Shown here: positions 1-11,870 of the stretch, one piece after another
Layout of the letters: every line of letters begins with the position of its first letter
Numbering within the stretch: the first letter of the stretch is position 1
NCBI GenBank assembly: GCA_036172245.1
Contig: JAYWIR010000045.1
Location: 1,426,001-1,490,000 of the forward strand
Reading direction: 5' to 3'
Length of the DNA stretch: 64,000 nt
Source: Raillietiella orientalis
Lineage: Eukaryota
Notes under the pieces: generated by a model
Databases searched by the model: none
Told to the model about the DNA's origin: nothing
What the model saw: the letters and a program-made list of their open reading frames with translations, nothing else
Translations under genes and position numbers: made by a program

Positions 1-3000
1 ACGCTGCAGGACTCTTTCTCGAGAATCTCTCGATTTTTCGATTTTCTTTTTTCCTTTTCTTTTTTTTTGCCTATGTTTCTAAAGATGGGGACAATAACCT
101 ACTCACTGGAAAATTCTCAAACGGCATCAGAGCTCATGTTCCGATCCGAGGGAATCCCGGAAGACCCGCTTTTTCAGAAGGGGAAAGTCGTTTCCTCGTG
201 CTACGCTCCCATTTTTTCCCCGGTCGCGTGCTTTCCGTAATCTCTGGTCTCTTCCCGATGCTGCACTAAAGCTTCGTGCACTTTCTCGATTGATGCAGGT
301 CGTCATCTGGAGCTTACGGCAATGCTTGAGAGTCTTTCGGTTCTTAGAAGTCGCCTTTCAGGAAGGCTTGCTCTGGCCAACTCTGGGCATCGGACATTCT
401 CCGATCTCGAATTGGACTCGCGGCGCAATCCCTGCTTTAACCCAGGAAAAGATTCCTGCTTCGTCTCTACGTGTAGCCCCTCCACGACGCGCAGTTCCTT
501 TTCCGTGGTGTCCTAAAGAACCACTCGCCCATCAACCGTCGCTGCTCTGACCGAGCTTCGACGCCCGCGAGCATCCTAGCAACCACGTTTTCGTCAAAGT
601 ATTCCTCAGGCGATTTAGGGTCAGAAGTTTTGTGGCCGTCTGACTCGGAGGCATCGCCCAACTCGGTGGACCTGACAACGGACGGCTTTTTATTCCGACG
701 GCGCCCGAAAAGGAGGCATGGATTTCACGTGGAGACCTGAAGATTTCCTATCGGTCGTCGGAACGAGTTCAACCCGACCTTCTGTATTTTTTGGCTTTCC
801 CTTTGTTTTTCCTGTTTTCCTTTCTCCGCACGAACCCATTGCATCCTGATTTATTTGGCCACGTCGAGCCTTCCCCAGGTCCGGCAAGCACAAGGGGGAT
901 GGATTCACTGTACGCAACTCATACACGAACACACCGAAACAGCATCCTTCACGTCACCATGTAACATTTTTCCGGATTTTCGTCAGTTGAAGTTATCGAA
1001 CATTCCGCTCACTCGGGTTGTATCCATAGTCCTTCTCAAGATGTAGCGATGCACCCAGGCTGGGATTCCGCCGCTGGTCCAGGTTCCGACCTCCCTCTCA
1101 GGATGTTCACTGCAGGCATTGTTTCCCTTGCATTCCTCATTTTTGTCCTTATCACGATGCTCGTGATGAAAAGAGTGGTGGTCGTTCTCATCGTGGGATG
1201 TACTGGGAGAGCATTGCAGTTCCCTTCAAGCAGTCCCTCCAGGATTTCCATCCTCGCTCTCGGAGGCCATGTGCCTTCTGAGGTCTCAGCGCGTGGCACC
1301 AGTCGCTGCGGGTTCGAATACTCCGAAAGAAATCGACGCAGAGCGTCATGGGTTCCGAGTTCCTCCCGCAAGATGGCGCTGGTTGGCCTGCATTCACTCG
1401 GGTGCGGCATTGGTAGCGGTTCAAACCGGATGCCCCCGGTTAGGGCCGGGACAACGGGAGTCGACCTTCAGGTACTTCCAGGAATCAAGGAGTGAGGAGT
1501 TCTTCCCCTCCGGTTGTGCAAAGGAGAGCGGACCCCCCAGTGTGGGGGACCCCTCCTGTCCGTTCAGATGGAGTAGGTGTGTAGCCTCCTCTCCAGAGAG
1601 TGCAGAGAAGCGGGCCGATCCCTTCGGATAAGCAGCGCCCTTCTGAATTTCGGAAGTGTCCCTTCAGGATTCCCTTCAGAGTAACAAACAGGAGCGGGAT
1701 CCCTTGCGGAGGGTCCCTCCGGAGAGAATAAGGAAGGAGATTCCCTTCGCGGTTCCTCTTCGGAGACAAGCAGGATGGAGGTGATCTCCATTCCGGGGAT
1801 CCCTCCCCAAGAGTGAAAGGAATGGACTCCGAGCCCTTCCTGGATTCATAGTGCGGACCCCCTATCTTGAAGAATTACCACACTCTCGGGTGGCGTGGAA
1901 CAGCGTTCAAGAGCTGAGTGAGTCGCGAGGCGCGCGACGGCTCCTGAGGTGCTCAGCGAACCAAAAAAAACAAAACCCGAAAAAAAAAAAAAAATGCCGA
2001 CTCGGTCACAGCCTGCAGAGGGCTGTCCAGACTCGGCGCAGCGTCGAGCACGTGGAGATGGGTTCGCTTGTCCCGGCACGCCGTGCGGACTTCATCTTGG
2101 ATATTACACCAGTCCAGTTCTTGATCCTCGAGCCATTCTGTATGCCATCGTGGTCAAGTGCGCTGCTTCGCAAGTGGATACCTTGCGGTTACCCTGCGAA
2201 CCTCGTGGCTCGAAAACCGGACGTTTGTCCGTTTTTTTTCTCTCGTCTCTTTCGTGGATCCTTGCGGCTGCCCTGCTTTGATGCGCCACGTAGCCTTGAT
2301 GAATGCCTTCCTCTTACAAGCATTCTCGAGCTCATGGGAGTAAAAGAAGAAAAAAAAGAAAGGCATCCTGTGTTGTTGTCCTGTGCCTCCCCGGTGGTGA
2401 CCAGTTCCCTGCTCTTCATTTTTCCCTCGGCTCCAAGCACACGGAATCTTCACACGTCTTGCTTTGGAGTTTTCCCCTTGCTGTTTTTCGCTGGCACTCC
2501 CGACAAAACTCATTGCCATTCATCTCCAACTAGAACAACCAGTTCTCTCTAGTGACTTCCTTACTGGCATCCTGGAGAGGCCAGATAGCTGTGTGCGGAC
2601 CCTTGAGCCAGTATTCTGCATTTTTGGTGCTTCTCGAGTATGCGTAAGCTGGTCTGCTGATCGAACCCTCCACCTTCTCAGCTAACCGAACCGAATCTCT
2701 CCAGCTCGCTCTTCCTTGGTACTGGATGGAAGAGGATGAGGAGCAACGTATCTCCCTCCTCTTTCGGAGTCGGTGAGCGCTCCCCAATCACGCGAGCGAC
2801 CAGAAGGGGGAGGGGAAAAAAAATCTAAACGTGAGTAATAGAGACTCGGTGGAACATCTCAAAGCTCAACCAAAGGACGAAAGCCCCCCTTGCAGGTCAC
2901 CAGAGAATGTGACGGCTGAGCGCGAGCTAAATCCATCACATTTTGGGGACTCCATGCTCTCCCTCAGGGGGTTGGGCTTCTCTTCAGTGTTCAGTCGCGA

Positions 3001-6000
3001 AGAGGGGGGAAGGGAAGAGTGAAAAATTCCAGCTGCTGTTGAACTTTTGTTTTCCTGCGCGCGCGAGAGAGAGTGCATCTGAGGAGAGCATGACGCCCAT
3101 TCTTCGAGAGAAGTGCATTTCGTGGCGTTCTGTCGGAACCTGCACTCTTTCTCCCATCCTCATCGGGAATAGGGCGGGCTTCGACTGGGGAAATGACCCC
3201 AGCTCCTCTCTGGTCATTCGAGTTCACGTTGCGCGCACATTTTACGACGAATCTCCAGTAGGCAAGAGGCGCAAAGATGTTCGAGGGACCGAAGGTGCGC
3301 CGAATGGCATCTCCGGGTGCATGACGTGCTCTGCAGCGAGCCATGGTAAGCTCCCATAAGGCAAAGGGATGTCCAACTCTTCTAGCGCAGCGTTTCTTTG
3401 CGTCCAGGGAATCACTTCCGGATGAAGCGAGCCTCAAGGTCCTCCAGATCCAAACCCGACTGTAGGTCCAGAAAAGTTCATTCAGCATGTACGGAGGCAT
3501 CGCGGAGATGCTTCGCTTCACCGCACACCGACGTCTGACGGGACCGGAAGAGGTTGACTGAGTGTTCACTAGCTTTGTGGGCTTTTAGATCACAGAGACG
3601 TGAGATCCATGGAGATGAAACGGGAAACGATCAAGTCACTGGCGATTCCTGATTCCGTCGGGGGTGGGGGGGAAGAAAAGAAGCTTCTCTGCTTACCAAG
3701 CTCTGAAGGAAGACGTGAGGACACTCCTGTGGTACGAGGACGGCACTCAGATATGGATGATCATCTCTCTTCAGGTATGAGCGGCTCGTAGAGGAGAGAA
3801 GATAATTGGGATCCATCAAGCAGCCAGATTTTGAACCCATTCCGATCTCCAGTCCGTGCATTGGACCAGACTTCGGGGAACAGAAGAAGAAAGGTGATGG
3901 ACGGAATCAAAGCCACAAGAAAGGAGCCGTCCCCTGCGTGGACCCATTCGGGACACTCGTATCGGGGAGGAGGAAGAATGGGGACTGAAACTCCTGCAGC
4001 TGTGGGTCCCATTGCTCTTTCGATCAGCTCCTGAAGACTGAGCGTTCGTGCAGTTTGGAGTGGCAACGCTGCTCCGCATTCCTTCAACCTTCCCGCTGCT
4101 GCTGCGGAGGAAGCGAGAGAGTTTCCCTTTTCCTAAGCAGCAGACAGGAAGAAAATTCCGGAAGCTCGCCGGCGACACACAAAAAGGAAAAAGGATGAGG
4201 AAACGAGAATGGCCCGTAGTTCCAGAAGAGATCACCCGTCTAGTGGAAAGGGAGATTCCTCAGTGGAGCAGCAATCGCCAGGTGGGGAGAGGCGCGAACT
4301 GGGTGCGCAACCCAGCATCGTTCCCAAGAGAGGAAGCACGGGTGCGGGTCATTCTCGTTGCAGGTGAGTAACGGCATGGTCTCCAGTGCCTCCGGCTAAC
4401 AGTCTGGAACGGTAACGAGGAAGAATTCCAGGCACACAGATGAAAAAAAACTGCGGTGCAGAATTTTCAGGAACCGAAATCGCCTGAAGAAGAGAAAAAG
4501 GTAGCGAAATGTTTTTGCCCCGAGATCTCCTTCTTCGGCCTTCGTTTGACAAGTTGTCCAGCAATCGGTGCTCCTCCTGCGGGATTGTGATGGCATGGAG
4601 CGAAGCCAACAGAGGAACAAACGAAAGGGACGCCATCCAGTTCGCAGTTCGCTTCCTGAAGATAGCCACCAGATGGTCCCACCTGGAAGTTATTCGGACG
4701 GACATTGCTGGCGTCCTGCAACGGATACAAACTCCTTCCAGCGGGCAGTGATCCCCTCTCGACCCTCCAGAGTATTCTTATTTATTTTTATTCATTATTT
4801 TATTTTATTTTATTTTTTGCTCTTCTCATCTCCCTCAGCTGCCGAGGTGAGCGCAGCCGGTCTGCGTACCGGCCACCAGGCAGGTCCATGGAAGAATCGG
4901 TTGTGGTGGGACTACTTGCCCCACCACGGTAGTTGTAGCTTGATTGTGTTTTTTCAATAAACGCCCAACCGGGTGACCTGGCGTGACCAGGTGGCGACTC
5001 CGGAGTGGACTTGTCGAGGCGATGTGGTCAAGACTCCCGAAACAAAGATATCAGTTGGCAGCATCAGCTCGAACAGTAATAACGAGAGGGAATGAAGGAA
5101 AGAGAGAGGTCTCAGGAAGAGGTAACTTTTGCAACGAAACGGGATAAACCTTCGGCAAACGGGGGTAGGTGGGGGTGGGTGGAAATTAAACACGATCTCA
5201 TTGTAAGCCGCCATTTGATTGCGGCCTTGACGCGCACGTGCGTGAGAAGCTGCGTGAGGGGAACGGAGTTCAAGCTAGGAAAGCCCTCCCCTTCATACGC
5301 GTGTTTTCACGATCGCGTCTCAAAGCGTGCACACGCACACATACACAGAGAGAGGGAGAGAGATTTTTTTCCTTCACTTTTGAGCACCAACGTGGATCTT
5401 AACGGAAGAATTCCGCCTTTCCGTTGCTTGGCCACCACACGTGCTGAACGTTTCCGGTTGCAAGGATTCGCTGCTGCCAATTCCATCCGCTTCCTGCCGC
5501 TGTCCACCTCCTGTCGGGCGCTCCTCAGCCCCTCACAGTGCCTTTCCCGTCCTTCTCTTGATTCCGATCGTCAGGCATACGAATCCCAGAGAAGGGCGAT
5601 GAAATTTCGTCGTCACCTTGTCTGCCTGCTTGCTTCCCCCTCTTCCCGAAATCCTGCGCGGGAGACTGCGAACCTTCCGCTTCCTTTGAGCTGGAACCTG
5701 GATTCGTCTTCACACGGTTCCTCACTCTCGTTTCCAGCACCAAGAAAGGACTCTCTACCTACGAACAGGATTTTTTTCCCTTTGAAGCGCGCTCTGGAAT
5801 GGCTAGGCGGTTGCAGATTCTGCTGTGTTCTCGATTAGCGACGAGGAACGTTTGCAGATGGCGGGGACATCTGTCCATCCCCTCTTTTAGTTTTGAGGGG
5901 GAGATTCGTCGGCGTCGTTTATTTCGTCCGAGTGAAAGTAGACTTTTATCTCGGTAGACTTCGCAAGCATCTGCTCTGTATCAAATCTTCAAGGCATCAC

Positions 6001-7699
6001 CGAGGACGGTGCCTTCGAGCGTTCAACTGCTGATGCCTCAGCACGAAGGGAGCGGGCGCGCTTTTGGCACCTGCGATTTCACTTTCACGGCCCCGAGGCA
6101 GAGCACCTCGTGCGTGGGGATGTAGGGAACCCTGCGCCCGCGCAGCAGAGGGCGGGAGGAATCGACGGTTTTCTTCTTAGGGAAAGGCACCGATTATCGG
6201 CAATCCATCCATCCACCCCAATGCCCTCTCTCTTCCTTCCTTCGATGAAGGCTCTCCGGAAGTATGGCAGGTGCGGTTGTCTTGGGAACGGGGCTCTGAG
6301 ACGATCTCAAAACAGTTAGCTCATCGATCCGATCCCCTCTGCTCTTGGGAGCAAGACGAAATCCTGCCTGCACAAACAGGAAGAGGAAGCGGCAGCACTG
6401 CTGCCCTAGAAGCGACCTTCCGGTTTCCACCAATGCGGTGCGTCATGTCTTCGTGATCTTCATGCCGTCCGATTGCACTCTATCGCTTTCCCCCCCTGAG
6501 ATGCGCCACTATGGTCTTTTGGTTGCTGCGTTACCTGTCGTGCGACGTTGCTATGTTGCGTGCAGCGGTATGTCGACGATGCCAGCACCGGGAGATCTTG
6601 GTAATCGTACTCGGTGTTCTGGAACGGGCAGGGTCCACTTGCGTGCGTCTGCGGCGATGCTCTCGTTGCGGCGTGCGTGTGATCGATTTTCGGGTCGGAA
6701 AGGGACTTGCAGAGGATTCCCTTGAAGGTGATCGGCGCGCCTACTGTTCTTCTGGCTGTTGCCGATGCCACCACGCTTGGGCGTCTAGGAGATCGAGCTC
6801 GACGAGCAGCAGGTAGAGTTTCCTTCGGATCGTGCTGGGGACACGTGGAAGTATTCGGCTGCTCGATAACCCGGAAGTGCACGAAGAAGCTGGAGTAACA
6901 GGAAGGCGTGTCTTGCTGTCGTTTCGACCGAATCTTCACTGCGGGTCGGTGCAAGCAAAGATGTGCGACACTCGGGAGGCGGGGCACAGCAACCTGTAAG
7001 AAACGTGGCACTGGAACTTGCCGCCAAAACAATCCTCATTGGCCCGATCGCTGGGACAGGTCGCGGCCGAAGATGGAGAGGCCCACTGCCACTTGTCAAC
7101 TGCTGACCTCATGAGAGCAGCATCTTCCGAAGGCATCATCAGCATCCGATTCAGGAAGACTCGACCCTCATCCTTTCAGGTTGTTGTCGCCAGCATCACG
7201 GTTATTGAGTGCACCTGGTATCCGAGAGCTGTACTTCGGTTTTTGGTCCCTGGATGCGACCCACCTGCTGTCTTTGGAATCTCGCAAAGCACTACGTCAT
7301 CCAGCATCCACCGACCCCGATCTCCTCGCATCCTGTGCTCGGTAAGGAGTTTAAAATCGGCACTCATCTATCTTGAAGAATCAGCGACGAATCCTGGAAA
7401 ACACTGCACGCTTGTAGTCTCCCCCTCCACCCCAGTGGTCCAACTGCGGCAAAAAGATTGGCACTAGATCCATAGGAGGAAGGGGTTTGTTCTTTAGTTC
7501 AGGTGAGTCACGCCGTCTCCATAGGAAACGGCTCACCAAACGACTGCAGTTACTGTGCCCGTCATGGGCGTCCACCTCCTCCCCTTCTTTTCCTTCTCCC
7601 CCAGAGTCAGCACATTGTGATTCGGAACCACTTGCGTGAGACCACTGCAGTGTAACAGCCGGGGTCGCATCCCTCCAACCTCCCACCCCCTCTCTCCTT

Positions 7700-10600
7700 C
7701 CTCCTGCATCCCGACGTCCCTGCTTGCACGTGGTGGACGCGGCGGAGTGGACCCTGCATCCACGGGAAGGCGCTCCCGAAGGCACATCCACCGGGAGATA
7801 CGTGGAGCGCCTCCGCCGCCGACGCCACCACCACGCCTCGCCTCTTCCTTCCTGTAGCCCACCGTCTGCCGTCTCGAGGACTGCGGTCGTCACCGGCGAG
7901 TTTCCTCAAGAGTCCAAGGAAAGGAACGCGCAGGTATTTTCCTCCTTTCTTCCCTCTTCCCCTTTCCTCCCGCTCCTGCGTGCCTTCGGGGTCTCCGAGA
8001 GACCAATAAGAAAGCCTCTACATCACGCCGCGCGACTTCGCGCGGTCCGGCTCGTAAGAAACCACCGGCTGACCCTGTTCTTTGTCCGCACGCTCGTTTG
8101 TCGTCCCGCGGTTCACTGGAGATGATTTTCTCACGGGTGCGCACACGCGCCGAGTGATGCTGATCGCCTCGCGAGGGGAACCTCCATCGCGGGGGGGGGG
8201 AGGGGGAGGAAGCGAAGATGCTCACCCCGGGAATGCAGGGGAAAGGAGTTCCCACGGACCGTGTCCACTTGGAATGGCCGCAAAGTTCTTCCGGAATGAC
8301 CAGGAAGGAAGCGCGCGCCGCTCCCAGGGAAAAGAAGGAGCCTCCCTTTCCCTCGGAGCGGCACGCGCTTCTGGTTTCTTGCGCATGCTCAGATGTCTCC
8401 AGGTGAGGCTCGAGCGCAGCTCGCGCCGGTCCGCGAGGTCTCCGCGTCGTCCTCCGTCCTCCGAAGCAGCTCCGGCGACCGTCCAGCTGCGGGGGCGCGC
8501 ACACCTCCGCAAAAGCCAGGTGACTAAGGAAACGGACGCGGATGCGGTGCGCTCGAGGGAGGCACGCGCCTTGTCGTAACCTTGGGTTTCACCCGAAGCG
8601 AACCACGGAAACAGCGGGGGCCGGAAAGCGCCAATTTTCTGGAAGCCTCTCGTCGCACTAAGGCCCTGCGAGGAGATGTTCGATGGGAAGAAGAGAGCAG
8701 TCTCCGGACAGGCGGGAGGCACTCCCACCGGGAGTGGACCAGCCGGAAGCAGCGGGGATGGAGGGGAGGGTTGCAAAGATTTTTTTTTTTTTCCCACCAC
8801 AGAGTCCTGGGCCAGCAAGCAGGGGGAGTGCAGGGGGCATTCCAACGAACACCGGGGCACGCGCCCAGCTCATCCTCCGTCAGGTGAGATGATGTTGCTT
8901 GCCTCGGGGGCGAAAGCGACGCACCTTCTCCGCCTCCCCTCTCTCGGCCTACAGAGGCTGGCAGCGGGCGGTGCCGAAGAAAGTGAGGAGGAGGAAGGTG
9001 TAGCAGGCAAAGAGAGAGGGAGAGAGAGAGATGTGGACCCCCCCCTCTGGCCGCGGTGCCACTCTGCCACCCCTTTTCTCCGCTGCCGCCTCCGCCGCCT
9101 TCGGTGCGGCGGCGGCACAGCAGGCGGGTGGCTTGCGGAGGCCCCCGGTGGCCCAGTTCGCGTACGCCCACTCGGCAGCAACCAAACGCCGCGCGATCGC
9201 CGTGGCGGCCGGAGTTTTGCCGCTGCTGGCAGCGGTGCGTGAGGCCCTCGCGAGAAGCGGTGCGGGCGCAGCCGCGGCTGCTTCTAGATCTGCATCCGGT
9301 GGCGGCTGGCGGTGGTGCGTAGGGCCCGCTGCTTTTCCGTCTGCCCTCGGAGAGTGTGGACGCCTTGTCGGCCATGGACGCGCGCGCTCACCCAGGCGGA
9401 CGCGCTGAAGACGCCGGCAGTAACGCGCTCACGCAACGGTACGTGCCCTTTCACGCTCCCTCCCCCGTACGTTCCCTGGAACTGCCCGCTTGCCAGCCCC
9501 CTCGCGAGCTGACGACCTCCAGCTTTCCTCCTCCTCCGGCCGGCTTTCCCGGTGGAGGAGGAAGGGGAGGTAGGGGGACTTGTACCCCTTGATTCCCGGT
9601 TCTCCCGTCCCTTCCTGGTTCCGTTCGGCAGACGGAAAATCGGGCGTTTTTCCACGACGGGAATGCGGAAGAGGAAGGGCGCGGCTGGAAAAGAGGAATC
9701 AGGAGGCCTCCTCGCGGCTAAATAGGAGGCATCTCCTGCCCCTCTCCCAACGGTTCGCACCGCGCAACGTGCGGAGCGTCCACGGTGTCGGAAGGAAAGT
9801 GACTGGATAGAAAGAGGAGGGGGGGAGGAGAGAAGAGGAACCGGAGAGATTCCTTCCGACCCGTCACGGGTGTTGACGGATGAGGGAAGATTCGCTCCGT
9901 GAGTGCCGGGTGCGTGCGTCGGGGTCTGGCAAACAGGGGTGCGCCCCTCCTAGGAGGGAACCCGAGGAAACCCTGCGCCGTTCTCCTGCAGGTGCCTCGC
10001 AGGTATCAGCAGACACTTCCGGAACTAGGGAAGTTCACAGGAGCGGAAAAAGTCCTCCTCTCCGCGACGTGTGGGAGCCAGCGACCATTCCCGGGCGGAC
10101 GCCGCTCCCGATGGAAGCGGCCGAGACTGGGACGTTTGCCGCCACGCACTGAACCCACTCTTCGAGGGGAGGCGGGTGTGGGTGGGATGAGAGAACGCCT
10201 TGCTGGACCGGTGCTGAAGCGTGAAAGGGGAAGGTCTCCCGAGTCCCCTCCCCCCGCGCATGCGCGGTTCCTACGCCCTCGGGGAGCATGCACTGGCTCG
10301 GAGGTCCGCTTCCGCCTCGTCTGCTCGCTCTTACGCGCTCCTGATGCCATTCGCTCGCGAACGCACGTCTGCAGTTCCTCTTCCCGGCTTCGCTCCCGTC
10401 CAGGCGACAGCGATCCCCCCCCTCCCCCTCCAACAAGCCTCCGCGCGTCCGCTGCCAGCAGGGCGGTTCCCGCCCGGCGCTTTCTGGTGCGCCGCTTGGC
10501 CGGGTGCGGCGCTGCAGCCTCGCCAGCTTGCGCGACGTGTGTTGCCACGCGCCTTGTTTGTGGCGAATGGGTGTGTATGTGGTGCACGAGTATTTGTGGT

Positions 10601-10800
10601 GTGTGTGCGTTCGAGGTGTGTGTGTGGTGTATGAGCGACGCGTGTTGCCGGGCACATGTATGGGTGCGTGCGTGTGTGTGCTTTCCAGACGCGAAATGAC
10701 CCTTGCGTTTTTCCTGTCTCTCGCTCGGCCACTTTCCTTACCGACATCGTGCAGGCGCAGTCTGCGTTGCGCGATGCAGGACCGTTCGCGAGATTTCTTT
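7700..10800. other. GC/CpG-rich island (possible promoter or 5' region of an unidentified gene)
   Basis: Dense CG dinucleotides and G/C runs, with many overlapping low-complexity ORFs on both strands. A TG-rich stretch lies at about 10540-10680. Boundaries are approximate and no protein family was recognised. Confidence 0.45.
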
Positions 10801-11749
10801 TTTTTTTTTTTTTGAAAAAAGTCTCGGGATTTGCGCACAACTCATTCCACTGCTCGCGTGATCACTAGGGCGAGGGTGGACCAAAGCGGGCGAAAGGAGA
10901 TCTCGGGTAACCTGGAAAGTGCTGTGGTTGCGATTTCCTAGCAAACTGTTGCACTGATCCGGACATCGATCCGGATCAAGCGTTGCGACCACGCCCTTCA
11001 TTTGAGTTCGGTTCAACTGAAGACGTACTTCTTCGACACCCGTCGCTGACCACGGGACGAGCGAAGTCTTCGATCGAAACCCACAAATAGCAAGTGACCA
11101 TCGCTTTCTTCCACACTTTGCCGTGGCAAATTCCTCGAATGCTCTCTGCTGCTTATGATGAAAAAATTTCTTGCCTGTGGAGGAATGCAGTTCGTAGTCA
11201 TTTCCTTGGCGGGGTCATTCGGTGGGATGCAACGTGAATGCGCGGACCGTAGCCAATTATTCAGATTGAAATCGTTTTTTCTTGATTCAAGAACAAAGTA
11301 GGTGCAGACATCAAGCAGCGATGATGCTCTACGCTGGCTGCCGATCGTTTTTACGTGTGATTTGTGAACATCCCGCAGGCGCGCACTGGATGTCGAAATC
11401 CTCTGGATGGCGGTGGAAAGTTGACCAGTCGTAGTATCTCCGATGGCAATCCCCAGAAATATGAACAGAGAATGGAATCCGTGTTTCAAAGGAAATTCCA
11501 GAAGATCGCTGATTTTTCAAAGCCGAATAAGTGGATATTCGTTCATACGTTTCCGCTGAACGAACAGCATCGAGTATCTTTGAACTACCCTTGGTTTCCA
11601 GTTGCAAGTAAACTGTGTTTCCATGTTTCGTTTCTGTGTTCTGCTGAACAGATCCCTCGATGATTCTGGGTCAAGAAAAAAAGAAAGAAACAATTAGGGA
11701 TTGTCGGTGTCCCAGTACATATTTCAATTTCCTAACGATTATCAAATAG

Positions 11750-11870
11750 TGCTCCTTACAGTGTTACCGGTGCAACCCGTGGCTATCGGAAGAGTGCAAA
11801 CAGAAGCCGCAGGACTCTTTAAAATTTACCTGGCAGTGAAAAAGGCAAAGCGTTTGTAAAGTTACAAAAG
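11750..11870 (+). pseudogene. Exon-like fragment resembling the start of a Ly6/three-finger (quiver/sleepless-type) domain, with an in-frame TGA
   Basis: Branch-like CTAAC at about 11732, acceptor TAG at 11747-11749 and donor GTACGT at 11871. Translation: CSLQCYRCNPWLSEECKQKPQDSLKFTWQ*KRQSVCKVTK. The rest of the domain (terminal CN motif) was not found. Confidence 0.3.

Noticed and set aside
1000..7600. Multi-exon gene in the first 7.6 kb
   Set aside because: Splice-like signals and protein-like stretches occur on both strands (for example the - strand join MDLPGGR|TPAMSVRITSRW near 4870-4710, and + strand donors near 4364 and 7342). No consistent model or family could be built; a fleeting Mab-21-like impression was not supported by motifs.
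7700..10840. Long overlapping ORFs in the GC-rich island
   Set aside because: Expected from stop-codon scarcity in GC-rich DNA; low-complexity products with no recognisable domain.
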